From an uncultured Microthrixaceae bacterium (GTDB lineage Bacteria > Actinomycetota > Acidimicrobiia > Acidimicrobiales > VFJN01): 64,000 bases of DNA. Position 1 is the first letter of the stretch; each line of letters begins with the position of its first letter. This document shows, piece by piece, positions 20,799 through 30,924 of this stretch. The stretch lies in the NCBI GenBank assembly GCA_963717755.1, contig CAVQWY010000003.1, positions 96,169 to 160,168 of the forward strand. The letters run 5' to 3'. A program made the position numbers and the translations under genes. Under the pieces are notes generated by a model. That model was not told the DNA's origin and searched no databases. It worked only from the letters and a program-made list of their open reading frames with translations.

Positions 20799-22251
20799 AT
20801 GGCCACGTTCCGCTCGACCAACCCGGCTCGGCCCGGCCGAGGTCGTCATCGAGCTGCCGCAGCACACCGCCGCCGACGTCGACGTCGCCGTCCAGAAGGC
20901 CGCCGACGCGCAGCGAGCGTGGGCGCCAGCGCCCGGTCCCGGAGCGAGCCGAGGCCATCGCCGCCGTCGGGCGCCATCCTGACCGCCCGCAAGGCCGAGC
21001 TGGCCGAGCTCGTCAGCCGGGAGGCGGGCAAGATCCGCATCGAGGGCGGCGGCGAGGTGCAGGAGGCCATCGACATGGCGGCCTTCGTGGCCGGCCAGGG
21101 GCGCTCGGCGTGGGGCGACGTCGTGCCCTCGGAGATGCACGACAAGCTGGCCTGGACCACCCGCATCCCGGTCGGGGTGGTCGGGATGATCACGCCGTGG
21201 AACTTCCCGATGGCCATCCCGAGCTGGAAGATCTTCCCGGCGCTGCTCGCCGGCAACGGCGTGGTGATGAAGCCGTCCGAGCTGGCGCCCGCGTGCGGCG
21301 TGGCGTTCGTCGACGCGTGCGTCGAGGCGGGAATCCCGGCCGACCTCGTGCAGGTCGTGCACGGCGGGCCTGAGCCGGCCGCCGCCCTCGCCACCCATCC
21401 CGGCGTGGGCGCGGTGTCCTTCACCGGGTCCGTGCCCACCGGGCGCAAGGTCGCGGCCGCGGCCATGGAGGTCGGCCCGAAGCTGGTGAGCCTCGAGCTC
21501 GGCGGCAAGAACGCGATGGTCGTGCTCGACGACGCCGACCTCGACCTCGTGCTCGACGGCGCCCTGTTCGGTGCCTTCGGCACCTCCGGCCAGCGCTGCA
21601 CCTCGACCTCGCGGCTGATCCTGCAGAAGGGCATCGCCAGCGCGGTGGTCGACCGCCTCGTCGAGCGCGCCGAGGCGCTCGTGCTCGGCGACCCGCTCGA
21701 TCCCACCACCGACGTCGGCCCGGTGATCACCGCCGAGTCGGCCACGCGGATCGTCGCCATGGTCGAGGCCGCGGTGGCCGAAGGGCGCCACGGCCGCCAC
21801 CGGCGGTCAGCTCCGCGCAGGACGTGGCGGGGTGCGAGGGCGGCACCTTCGTCACCCCCACGATCCTCACCGGGGTGAAGCCGTCGCACACCGTCGCCCG
21901 CGAAGAGGTGTTCGGCCCGGTGCTGTCGGTGATCGAGGTCGACGACCTCGACGAGGCCGATCGCCGTCGTGAACTCCGTCGAGTTCGGGCTCAGCGCCGC
22001 CGATCTACACCCGCGACCTCAACGCCGCCCTCCGCGCCGTGCACGCCATCGACACCGGCATCACCTACGTGAACGCCCCCACCATCGGCGCCGAGATCCC
22101 GCTGCCGTTCGGCGGCACCAAGCACACCGGCAACGGCTTCCGCGAGGCGGGCGCGCGCGGCATCGAGCAGTTCAGCCAGGTGAAGACGGTGTACGTCGAC
22201 TACTCCGGCCGGCTCCAGCGGGCCCAGATCGACAACCGGGAGGACGCGTGA
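20799..22251 (+). pseudogene. NAD(P)-dependent aldehyde dehydrogenase, about 8 frame changes
   Basis: GGGAGG lies 8 nt upstream of ATG 20799. Motifs: ITPWNFPMAIPSWK, ELGGKNAMVV, FGTSGQRCTS. The C-terminal pieces are in ORFs 21824..22072 and 22039..22251. Confidence 0.7.
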
Positions 22252-23539
22252 TGACCGCGGTCGACACCACCGCCACCGCCGCCTGGCTCGCTCGCTACCA
22301 CGACGTCGGTGGCGCCGGTGCTGCCGTCGTACTTCGACGTGATCGCCGATCGGGCCGAGGGCTCGTGGGTGTGGGACGTCGAGGGGCGCCGCTACCTCGA
22401 CCTCGGTTCCGGGCATCGCGGTCACCAACACCGGGCACCGCCACCCGCGCGTGGTCGAGGCGGTGCACGCAGCAGGTCGACCGGCTGCTCCACACCTCGG
22501 TCGTGCTGAAGCACCAGCCGTACATCGAGGCGGCCGAGGCCATCGCCGGGCTGGCGCCGTTCCTCGACCACCCGAAGGTGTTCCTCTGCAACAGCGGCGC
22601 CGAGGCCGTCGACGGCGCCATCAAGCTGGCCCGGCGCACCACCGGCAAGCCCGGGATCATCGCGTTCCGGCGCGGCTTCCACGGCCGCACGATGGGCGCC
22701 ACCACGCTCACCACCGCCAAGGCGTCCTACCAGGAGGGCTACGCGCCGCTGCTCCCGTGGCGTGCACATCGCGCCGTACTGCATCCCGGGCGTCACGAGC
22801 CCGCTACGCCAGCGACGCCGACGCGGTCGAGGCTGCGCTGGGGGAGCTCGATCGGATGCTCGCCCGCGAGGCGGCTCCGGAGACGGTGGCGGCGATGGTG
22901 GTCGAGCCGGTGCTCGGCGAGGGCGGCTACATCGTGCCGCCCGTCGCGTGGCTCGCGGGGTTGCGCGAGCGCTGCGACGAGCACGGCATCCTGCTCGTGT
23001 TCGACGAGGTGCAGTGCGGCTTCGGTCGCACCGGGCGCCCGTTCGCGGCCGAGACGTTCGGCGTGCGCCCCGACGTGGTCCTCTTCGCCAAGGGCGTGGC
23101 CTCCGGCCTGCCGCTCGCCGGGATCATGGCGGGCGCCGAGCTGATGGACCGCTGGCCGAACGGCACCCACGGCTCCACCTTCGGCGGCAACCCGGTGTCG
23201 TGCGCGGCCGCCGTCGCCACCATCGCCGTGCTCGAGGACGAGGGCCTCTACGACCGGGCCGTCGCAGCTCGGGGAGCGCGCCCAAGCCCATCTCCGCGCG
23301 CTCGATCGCGGACGCCATCGTCGAGGTGCGCGGCATCGGCGCCATGATCGGCGTCGAGCTGCGCGACAAGGCCACCGCCGAGGCGCGTGCAGCAGCGCTG
23401 CCTCGACGACGGGGTGATCGTCCTCACCTGCGGCCCGGAGGGCAACGTCCTGCGCCTCATCCCGCCGCTGACGATGACCGACGACGAGCTCGACCACGGC
23501 CTCGCCATCCTGAGCACCGCCCTCCTGACCCACTCCTGA
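22251..23539 (+). pseudogene. Class-III (GabT-like) aminotransferase, about 9 frame changes
   Basis: Its ATG overlaps the aldh TGA. Motifs: [60 protein letters not shown]. The C-terminus ..LRLIPPLTMTDDELDHGLAILSTALLTHS ends at TGA 23537-23539. Confidence 0.7.
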
Positions 23540-23597
23540 CAACGTCTGTGGTCGAAAACGCTCGGATAGCGAGCGAAATCGACCGCAGACGTTGTCA
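23537..23597. repeat. Two-tier palindromic element, copy 2
   Basis: The structure is TGAcaacgtctgtggtcga-aaa-cgctcg-gatag-cgagcg-aaa-tcgaccgcagacgttgTCA. The outermost triplets are the stop codons of the two convergent genes. Confidence 0.75.
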
Positions 23598-25108
23598 GGT
23601 CCAGTCGCGGAGGACCTGCTTCTGGAGCTTGCCGGTGCCGCCCTTCGGCAGCTCGTCGAGGATGACGACCTGGCGCGGCGCCTTGAACGGCGGCCAGCCG
23701 GCCGCGGACCCAAGCGATGAGCTCCGCCTCGTCCGCCTCTGCGCCCGGCACGAGGCTCACGAAGCCGCGCGGCACCTCGCCCCACCGTTCGTCGGCCATG
23801 GCCGACCACCGCGGCTTCCCGCACGGCCGGGTGCGCCTCGAGGGCCTGCTCCACCTCCACCGACGCGACGTTCTCACCGCCGGAGACGATGAGGTCCTTG
23901 GCTCGGTCGACGATCGTGATGTAGCCGTCGGCGTCGACGACGGCGAGGTCGCCGGTGCGGAGCCATCCGTCGCGCAGGACCTCGGCGGTCGCCTCGGGCG
24001 CGTCGAGGTAGCCGATCATCACGTGGTTGGAGCGGGCGCAGATCTCGCCGACGTGGTCGCCGTCCCACGGCACCTCGATGTCGCCATGGCCAAGCACGCG
24101 CACGTCGGTGCCGAGGATCGGCAGGCCGGTGGTGGCGCGCTGCGTCAGCGGTGTACGGGAGCCCTGGCTTCGGCAGGCTGCGGGTGAGCGTGGGGGACGA
24201 CTCCGTCATCCCGTAGCCGCAGATCACCGGGCACCCGAACGCCGCCTCCAGCTCGGCGAGCAGCGCGGGGCTCGACGCCGAGCCCCCCACGGAGATCTGC
24301 GCGCACGCTGGACAGGTCGCGGTCCGCCCGCGACGGGATGGTCGAGCACGAGACGCGCCATCGCGGGCACGAGGAAGAGCCGCGTGACGCCGTGCGCCTC
24401 GACCAGCCGGAGGACCTCGCCGGCGTCGAAGCGGGGGAGCAGCACGTGCACGCCGCCCAGGCCGGTGACGAAGTGCGGCGTGCCCCACCCGTTGACGTGG
24501 AAGAGCGGGATCGTGTGGAGGAACACGTCGTCGCCCGTCAGGCCCATGGTCGAGCGCGCTGTGGACGGCGTGCAGGTAGAGGCCGCGATGGCTGAGCGAG
24601 CGCGCCCTTGGGCGTGCCGGTGGAGCCCGACGTGTAGAAGAGCTCGGCGGGTGCCCGCTCGTCGACCGGTCGGGGTGACCGGGCGGCGTGGCCGGCTGGC
24701 TCGGCGAGCAGCGCCTCGTAGGCGTCGTCGAGCACGATCGTGCGGACGCCGTGGCCCGGGTCGGGCTGGGCCGGGTGCCGGAGCAGCACGACGGCTCCGC
24801 TGTCGTCGAGGATCGTGCGCAGCTCGGCGGCGCGCCAGGCGGATGTTGAGGGGGAGCAGCACCCCACCGGCCAGCAGCACGCCGTAGTACGCCTCCAGCA
24901 GCTCGTGGGTGTTGCCGCAGAGCCACGCCACCACGTCCCCCGGTCGCACGCCGACGTCGCGCTGCAAGGCATGGGCCAGCCGGTCGCAACGATCGCCGAG
25001 CTCGGCCGTAGGTCCACCGCTGGTCGCCCTCGATCACGCCCGCGCGCGATCGGTGAAGAGCCGGCGAGCCCGGGCCAGGAGGTCGAGCGGGGTGAGGGGC
25101 AGCTCCAT
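23595..25108 (-). pseudogene. Acyl-CoA synthetase (AMP-binding), about 10 frame changes
   Basis: The N-terminus is MELPLTPLDLLARARRLFTDR. Motifs: FYTSGSTGTPKG, GYGMTESSP, TGDLAVVDADGYITIVDRAKD, GTGKLQK. Segments lie in ORFs 23874..25037, 24224..24967, 24538..25017, 22793..24103 and 23248..23877. Confidence 0.7.
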
Positions 25109-25879
25109 CAGACCCAGCGCGCCGCGCTCGACGAGCAGGTCCTTCAGCACCTGCGGGCGGTCGGTCATGATCCCGTCGACGCCGAGGTCGAGCAGCCGCG
25201 CCATCTCGGCGCGGTCATCGATCGTCCAGACGTGCACCTGCACGCCCGAAGCGGTGGGCGGTGTCGACGAAGCGCCGGTCCACGAGCGGGAGGCGTCCCT
25301 GGTGCGGCGGCACCTGCGCACACGGCGGAGAGGATCCCGCCGCTCCCAGGCCCGCGTCGTGACGCCGACGAGGAGCCGGGCGACCTCGCGGGGACCCATC
25401 GACGTGCACAGCCCGGGACCGGTGAGGACCTTCACCTTCGCGATGCGCTTGTCGCTGAACGCGCCGACGCACACCCGGTCGACGCTCCCGGTGCGGAGCA
25501 GCGCCGCCGCCAGCGGTTCGGCCACCGCGTCCTGCTTCGGGTCGATGTTGATGCGCACGTCGGGCCAGGCTCCGAGCAGGTCCTCGAGCAACGGGATCGG
25601 CTCGCGACCGTCCACGCGGGCGCGCTGCACGTCCGACCACGGGAGCTCCGCGATGAGGCCGGTGCGGTCGGTGACGCGGTCGAGTCGGTCATCGTGGAAC
25701 GCCACCAGGACGCCGTCGGCCGTGACGTGCGCGTCGGTCTCGAGGTACCGGTAGCCGAGGCCGACCGCGTGCTCGAAGGCAGGCATCGTGTTCTCGGGCG
25801 CCTCGCTGGCCCCGCCGCGGTGGGCGAAGGCGAGGGGCCCCGGCCAGTCCAGGAACGGGTACGCGGCGTTGGCGGGCAT
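25108..25879 (-). pseudogene. Glycerophosphodiester phosphodiesterase (GDPD), about 3 frame changes
   Basis: Motifs: FAHRGGASEAPENT, ETDAHVTADGVLVAFHD. There is an internal compensated pair near 25375 and 25245. The true stop is probably TGA 25108-25110 after a change near 25105, because the track ORF runs on into the next gene. Confidence 0.6.
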
Positions 25880-25885
25880 CCGGAC

Positions 25886-27442
25886 CTAGATCGAACGGCC
25901 GGCGTCGGCCCAGTACTCGTCCTTGAGCAGCCGCTTGTAGAGCTTGCCGGTGGGGTGCCGCGGGAGCTCCGGGCGGAAGTCGACGGACCGCGGGCACTTG
26001 ATGTCGGCGAGGTGCTCCTTGCAGTAGGCGATGAGCTCCTGCGCCAGCGCGGGACCGGCGTCGTCCATCGACGCCGGCTCCACGACCGCCTTCACCTCCT
26101 CGCCGAAGTCGTCGTTGGGCACGCCGAAGACCGCCACGTCGTTCACCTTGGGGTGCATGGCGAGCACGTTCTCGGCCTCCTGCGGGTACACGTTCACGCC
26201 GCCGGTGATGATCATGTAGGCCTTGCGATCCGTGAGGTACAGGTACCCGTCGTCGTCGAGGTAGCCGACGTCCCCGAGCGTGCTCCACCCGCGGCCCTTC
26301 GGGTCGCGTGAGCTCGCCGTCTTCTCGGCGTCGTTGTGGTACTCGAACGTCGCCGCCAGATCGCCCTCGAAGTACACGGTGCCCGACTCGCCGATGGGCG
26401 CCTCCTCGCCGTCCTCCCCGACGATGTGGACGACGCCGAGGATCGCCTTGCCCACCGTGCCCTTGTGGGCCAGCCAGTCGACGCTGTTGCAGTACACGAA
26501 GCCGTTGCCCTCGGTGCCGGCGTAGTACTCGTGGATGATCGGGCCGAACCAGTCGATGATCTGCGCCTTCACCTCAGCCGGGCACGGCGCGGCGGCGTGG
26601 ACGACGACCTGCAGCGATGACAGGTCGTACTTGGCGCGCACCTCCGGCGGGAGCTTGAGCATCCGGATGAACATCGTCGGCACGACCTGGCTGAAGGTGA
26701 TCTGGTGCTCCTCGACGAGGGCGAGGTACTGCTCCGGATCGAACTGCTCCATCACGACGACGGTGCCCCCGAGCCGCTGCGTGGCGCGGCAGAAGCGCAG
26801 CGGGGCGGCGTGGTACAGCGGGGCGGGGGAGAGGTACCGGGTGGAGTCGTCCGCGCTGAAGAGGAGCTGCGCCAGCCCCGTGACGCCGTCGGCGCCGAGC
26901 CCGAGCGGCGCGCCGGGAAGCGGCACCTTCACGCCCTTGGGCCGCCCGGTGGTGCCCGAGCTGTAGAGCATGTCCTGGCCCTCGACCCGATCCTCGTCGA
27001 GGGGCGCCGGAGGTTGCTCGGCGAGGGTGGCCTCATAGGACTCGAAGCCGTCGATGACCCCGTCGAGCATCAGGCGCACCTTCACCCGCGGCATCTGGTC
27101 GGCGAGCTCGGCGGCCTGGCTCGCCTTGTGGTTGGACGTCACGAACGCCTGCGCCCCACAGTCGTCGATGATGTACGCCATCTCCTCGGTGGTGAGCCGG
27201 GAGCTCATGGCGGTGTAGTAGAGCCCCGCGTAGTGGGCGCCCCAGATCGCGGGGAGGAAGTGGGCGCTGTTCTCGAGGCAGAGCGCCACGTGGTCGCCGG
27301 GCTGCAGGCCGGCGGCGCGGAAGACGCGCGAGAGCTGGTTGGCCTCGGCGTCCAGCTGGGCGTAGGTGACGATCTCGCCGCTGGTGGACATGATGACCGC
27401 GGGGCGGTCCGGGGCAGAGGCGGCGAAGTCACCGGGGAACAT
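25886..27442 (-). CDS. Acyl-CoA synthetase / long-chain fatty-acid-CoA ligase
   Basis: Intact 518-aa ORF with YSSGTTGRPKG, EYYAGTEG and GDVGYLDDDGYLYLTDRK. Confidence 0.85.
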   Translation of the reverse strand: MFPGDFAASAPDRPAVIMSTSGEIVTYAQLDAEANQLSRVFRAAGLQPGDHVALCLENSAHFLPAIWGAHYAGLYYTAMSSRLTTEEMAYIIDDCGAQAFVTSNHKASQAAELADQMPRVKVRLMLDGVIDGFESYEATLAEQPPAPLDEDRVEGQDMLYSSGTTGRPKGVKVPLPGAPLGLGADGVTGLAQLLFSADDSTRYLSPAPLYHAAPLRFCRATQRLGGTVVVMEQFDPEQYLALVEEHQITFSQVVPTMFIRMLKLPPEVRAKYDLSSLQVVVHAAAPCPAEVKAQIIDWFGPIIHEYYAGTEGNGFVYCNSVDWLAHKGTVGKAILGVVHIVGEDGEEAPIGESGTVYFEGDLAATFEYHNDAEKTASSRDPKGRGWSTLGDVGYLDDDGYLYLTDRKAYMIITGGVNVYPQEAENVLAMHPKVNDVAVFGVPNDDFGEEVKAVVEPASMDDAGPALAQELIAYCKEHLADIKCPRSVDFRPELPRHPTGKLYKRLLKDEYWADAGRSI

Positions 27443-27474
27443 GGCGGCAAGGTACTCCTGGATACCGTGACCCG

Positions 27475-28243
27475 GTGGCCGACGATCCGACCGCCCGGTT
27501 CGCGGCGCTCACCGCCCAGGCTGACCCAGCGCTGCCCCTCGACGAGGCCCTGCTGCTGATCGCCGCCCATGCCTCCCCGGGTCTCGACCTGCCGGCGGAG
27601 CAGGCTCGCCTCGACGCGTTGGCGGCGGGCGTGCGATCCGCCACGTTCTCGTCGGTCCGCGAGCACCTCTTCGACCACCTCGGCTTCACCGGCGACGCCG
27701 ACACCTACTACGACGCCCGCAACTCGCTGCTGCCCGACGTGCTCGACCGCCGTCGCGGCATCCCGATCACGCTCGGCAGTGGTCGCGATCGAGGTGGGCC
27801 GCCGCTGCGCCGTCGACCTGGAGGGGATCGGGATGCCGGGCCACTTCCTGGTGCGGTCGGCGGCGGAGCCCGACCGCTTCCTCGACGCGTTCGACGGCGG
27901 GCGCGAGCTCGACCGAGCCGGCTGTCGCGCCATCTTCGAGCGGGTCGCGGCCGGCGTGCCGTGGGATGACCGCTTCCTCGAGCCGACCCCCGCGGTTGCG
28001 ATCGTCGGCCGCGTGCTGGCCAACCTGGCGGGCGCCTACCGTCGGGCCGGCGATCGCAAGGCGCTGTGCTGGACGCTCCAGCTGCGGCTCACCCTTCCTG
28101 ACGCCACCGAGCAGGAGCGCCGGGAGCTGGGTGTGCTGCTGGGCGCCTCGGGACGCTTCGACGAGGGGGCGGCCGTCCTCGAGGTCTCCGCCGACGACCG
28201 CGACCAGGAGGCGGCGGCGCGGCTGCGCGCCCGCCTCAACTGA
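27475..28243 (+). CDS. SirB1-like transglutaminase-fold/TPR protein (UPF0162), one frame change
   Basis: YYDARNSLLPDVLDRRRGIPITL is in ORF 27475..27969. It continues as AIEVGRRCAVDLEGIGMPGHFLVR in ORF 27569..28243. The frame change is near 27778. Confidence 0.6.
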
Positions 28244-28291
28244 CCCGCCTCGCCCCTGACTTGACCGGCGGGTCAAGTAGGGTCTCGGGCC

Positions 28292-29497
28292 ATGACCGCT
28301 CTCGACACTGCCGCCCAGGCGACCGACGAGGCCACCGTCCTCGGGCTCTGCCAGCAGCTCCTGGAGGAGCTCCCGCCGAAGGAGACGGACGCCGTCGCGT
28401 TCCTCGGCCGGCAGTTCGACCTCGGTCTCGCCTGGGTCCACTTCCCGGTGGGCCAGGGCGGTCTGGGCTTGTCACCGCGGCAGCAGCGGACCGTCAACGA
28501 GGTGCTCCACCCGGCCGGCGCACCGATCGCGGCCTTCCGCAACGTCATCGGCTACGGCATGGGAGCGCCCACCCTCGTCACCCACGGCACCGAGAAGCAG
28601 AAGGCGCGCTACCTGCGCCCGCTCTTCACCGGCGAAGAGGTGTGGTGCCAGCTGTTCTCCGAGCCCGGGGCCGGCTCCGACGTCGCCGGGCTGTCCATGA
28701 AGGCGGTGCGCGACGGCGAGGAGTGGATCGTCAACGGCCAGAAGGTGTGGACGACCCTCGCCCACCTGGCCAAGTGGGGGATGCTCATCGCCCGCACGGA
28801 CCCCGAGCAGCCGAAGCACAAGGGCATGACCTACTTCGTGGTCGACATGCACGCGCCCGGTGTCGAGGTGCGACCGCTGTTCCAGATCACCGGCGAGGCC
28901 GAGTTCAACGAGGTGTACTTCACCGACGTCCGCATCCCCGACGAGGAGCGGCTCGGCGACGTGGGCGAGGGGTGGGGAGTCACCCTCACCACGCTGATGA
29001 ACGAGCGGGTGGCCATCGGTGGCGGCACCCCGCTCAAGGGCGGCGGGTTCATCGCGGAGGCCGTCAAGGCGTGGAAGGCGCGGTGGTCACACCGACGCCG
29101 CGCGCAAGGACGAGCTCATGGCGCTCTGGACCGTGCCGAGGTGCTGCGGCTCACCAACATCCGAGCCGGCCAGCTGCGCACCGTCGGCACGCCCGGGCCG
29201 GAGGGTTCGATCGGCAAGGCGATGTCGGCCGACCTCAACAAGGACATCAGCGCGTTCACGGTCAACCTGCTCGGCGCCGACGGGATGTTGAAGCCCGACG
29301 GCTACCCGATGGCGCGCCCGAAGCACGCGATGCAGTGGGCGAACCCGCAGCAGGCGTTCCTGCGGGCGCGCGCCAACTCGATCGAGGGCGGCACGACGGA
29401 GATCGCCAAGAACATCCTCGGCGAGCGCGTGCTCGGTCTCCCCGGTGACGTGCGCAACGACAAGGCCGTGCCCTGGTCGCAGGTGCCGCGCAGTTGA
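28292..29497 (+). CDS. Acyl-CoA dehydrogenase
   Basis: 401-aa ORF with ACAD-like N, middle and C domains (WCQLFSEPGAGSD, WTTLAHLAKWGM, IEGGTTEI). A short compensated double frame change is suspected at about 29086-29131. Confidence 0.85.
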   Translation: MTALDTAAQATDEATVLGLCQQLLEELPPKETDAVAFLGRQFDLGLAWVHFPVGQGGLGLSPRQQRTVNEVLHPAGAPIAAFRNVIGYGMGAPTLVTHGTEKQKARYLRPLFTGEEVWCQLFSEPGAGSDVAGLSMKAVRDGEEWIVNGQKVWTTLAHLAKWGMLIARTDPEQPKHKGMTYFVVDMHAPGVEVRPLFQITGEAEFNEVYFTDVRIPDEERLGDVGEGWGVTLTTLMNERVAIGGGTPLKGGGFIAEAVKAWKARWSHRRRAQGRAHGALDRAEVLRLTNIRAGQLRTVGTPGPEGSIGKAMSADLNKDISAFTVNLLGADGMLKPDGYPMARPKHAMQWANPQQAFLRARANSIEGGTTEIAKNILGERVLGLPGDVRNDKAVPWSQVPRS

Positions 29498-29530
29498 AGT
29501 AGAAACTGGGCGCTGGGGTGCTAGCTGTTC

Positions 29531-29560
29531 GGGGGGCCGGTTCGGGGGGACCGGCCTCCC
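29531..29560. terminator. GC-rich hairpin between convergent genes
   Basis: ggggggccggt-tcgggggg-accggcctccc forms an 11-bp stem with one G:U pair. Confidence 0.4.
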
Positions 29561-29564
29561 GTGC

Positions 29565-30138
29565 TCAGAGCCCGCGAAGGTGCGCCGTCTCGTTCAGCGT
29601 CGAGATGCTGCGCTCGCCAGTGCTCGCCGCGAGGACGCGGCTGATGCTCGTGTAGTGGGGCAGGAAGAACAGCGGGTCCTCGACGCCGAGGACGTGGCCG
29701 GTGTAGGCGTTGATGACACCGCCGTGGCAGACGACCGCCGACGTTCTGGCGCGGGTGGGCGGCGACGATGCGCTCGACCGTCTCCACCACGACCGCCTTG
29801 AAGTGCTCGGGCTGCTCCGGCACCTGGTGCCACCGCGGGTCGCCGGCGGCCTTGAGCTCCTCCACTGGGATGTAGCTCGCTGACTCGCGGTCGTACTCGG
29901 CCAGCCCCTCGTCGTAGGTGATCTCGAGGCCGAGGCGGTCGCCGACCGGCTGGGCGGTCTCCCGGGCCCGCAGCATCGGGCTGCACCAGAGGGCGTCGAC
30001 GCGCTCGTCGGCGAGCCACTCGGCGAGGGCCTTGGCCTGGGTGACGCCGAGGTCGGCGAGCTGGGGGTCCGCGGCGCCCGCGACGGAACCCTCGTCGATC
30101 CGGATCGGGAGCGCGTGGCGGATGAGGAGCAGCTCCAT
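29565..30138 (-). CDS. Histidine phosphatase (phosphoglycerate-mutase-like) family protein, one frame change
   Basis: MELLLIRHALP.. is in ORF 29521..30138. The C-terminus ..VVCHGGVINAYTGHVLG..ETAHLRGL is in the frame of ORF 29565..30290. The frame change is near 29745. Confidence 0.7.
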
Positions 30139-30915
30139 GGACCCAGCGTTCTAGCGTGCGGCGACGTGAGCGGCCTCTTCATCGACGAGCAAGCGGGGGC
30201 CGCCGGCGCGCCGAGGGTCGTGCTCGTCCACGGCTCGCTCGACCGCAGCAGCGCGTTCCTGCGCACGATGCGCCTGCTGCGCGATCTCACCGCGGTGCGG
30301 TATGACCGCCGCGGCTACGGCAAGTCGCTCGCCGCCGGCGTGTGTGTGCAGTTCGATCAGCAGGTCGACGACCTGGCCGAGGTCGTCGCCGGTCAGCCTT
30401 CGGTGATCTTCGGGCACAGCCTCGGTGGAGTGGTCGGGCTCGCCTTCGCGGCCCGGCATCCCGAGCTGGTGCCGGCCGTGGTCGCGTACGAGGCACCGAT
30501 GGCGTGGCAGTCGTGGTGGCCGACCCGCACGGCGGGATCGGTGGCGATGGCCGAGGAGCACGGAGAGGCCGCGGCTGCCGAGCGGTTCATGCGCCGCATG
30601 ATCGGCGACGACCGCTGGGACGCCCTGCCGGAGCGCACCAAGGAGCAGCGGCGAGCCGAAGGGCCGGCGCTGGTCGCCGAGCTGCGGTCCATCCGCTCGC
30701 CGGAGCCGGTGCCCTACGACCCTGTGGACCTCACCATGCCCGTCATCGGCGCGCACGGCACGAGGTCTCGATCGCACCACCAGGAAACCGCTCGGGCACT
30801 GGCGGACGCCGCGCCCCTCGGTGAGCTCGTGGTGGTCGACGGCGCCGACCACGGCGTGCACCTCACCCACCCAGGCGCCGTCGCCGACCTCATCCGCCTC
30901 GCCCTCACCCGGTAG
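30115..30915 (+). CDS. Alpha/beta hydrolase
   Basis: 266-aa ORF with VVLVHGSLDRS and GHSLGG. The start is uncertain (GTG at 30115 or 30166). Confidence 0.7.
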   Translation: MADEEQLHGPSVLACGDVSGLFIDEQAGAAGAPRVVLVHGSLDRSSAFLRTMRLLRDLTAVRYDRRGYGKSLAAGVCVQFDQQVDDLAEVVAGQPSVIFGHSLGGVVGLAFAARHPELVPAVVAYEAPMAWQSWWPTRTAGSVAMAEEHGEAAAAERFMRRMIGDDRWDALPERTKEQRRAEGPALVAELRSIRSPEPVPYDPVDLTMPVIGAHGTRSRSHHQETARALADAAPLGELVVVDGADHGVHLTHPGAVADLIRLALTR

Positions 30916-30924
30916 ATCGGGTGG

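Noticed and set aside
9380-25400. The frameshift-dense block as a horizontally acquired or decaying genomic island.
   Set aside because: There is no integrase, transposase, tRNA or direct-repeat boundary. Codon usage and GC look the same as the flanks. The content is ordinary metabolism. An island origin is therefore unsupported, and the indel anomaly is reported separately.
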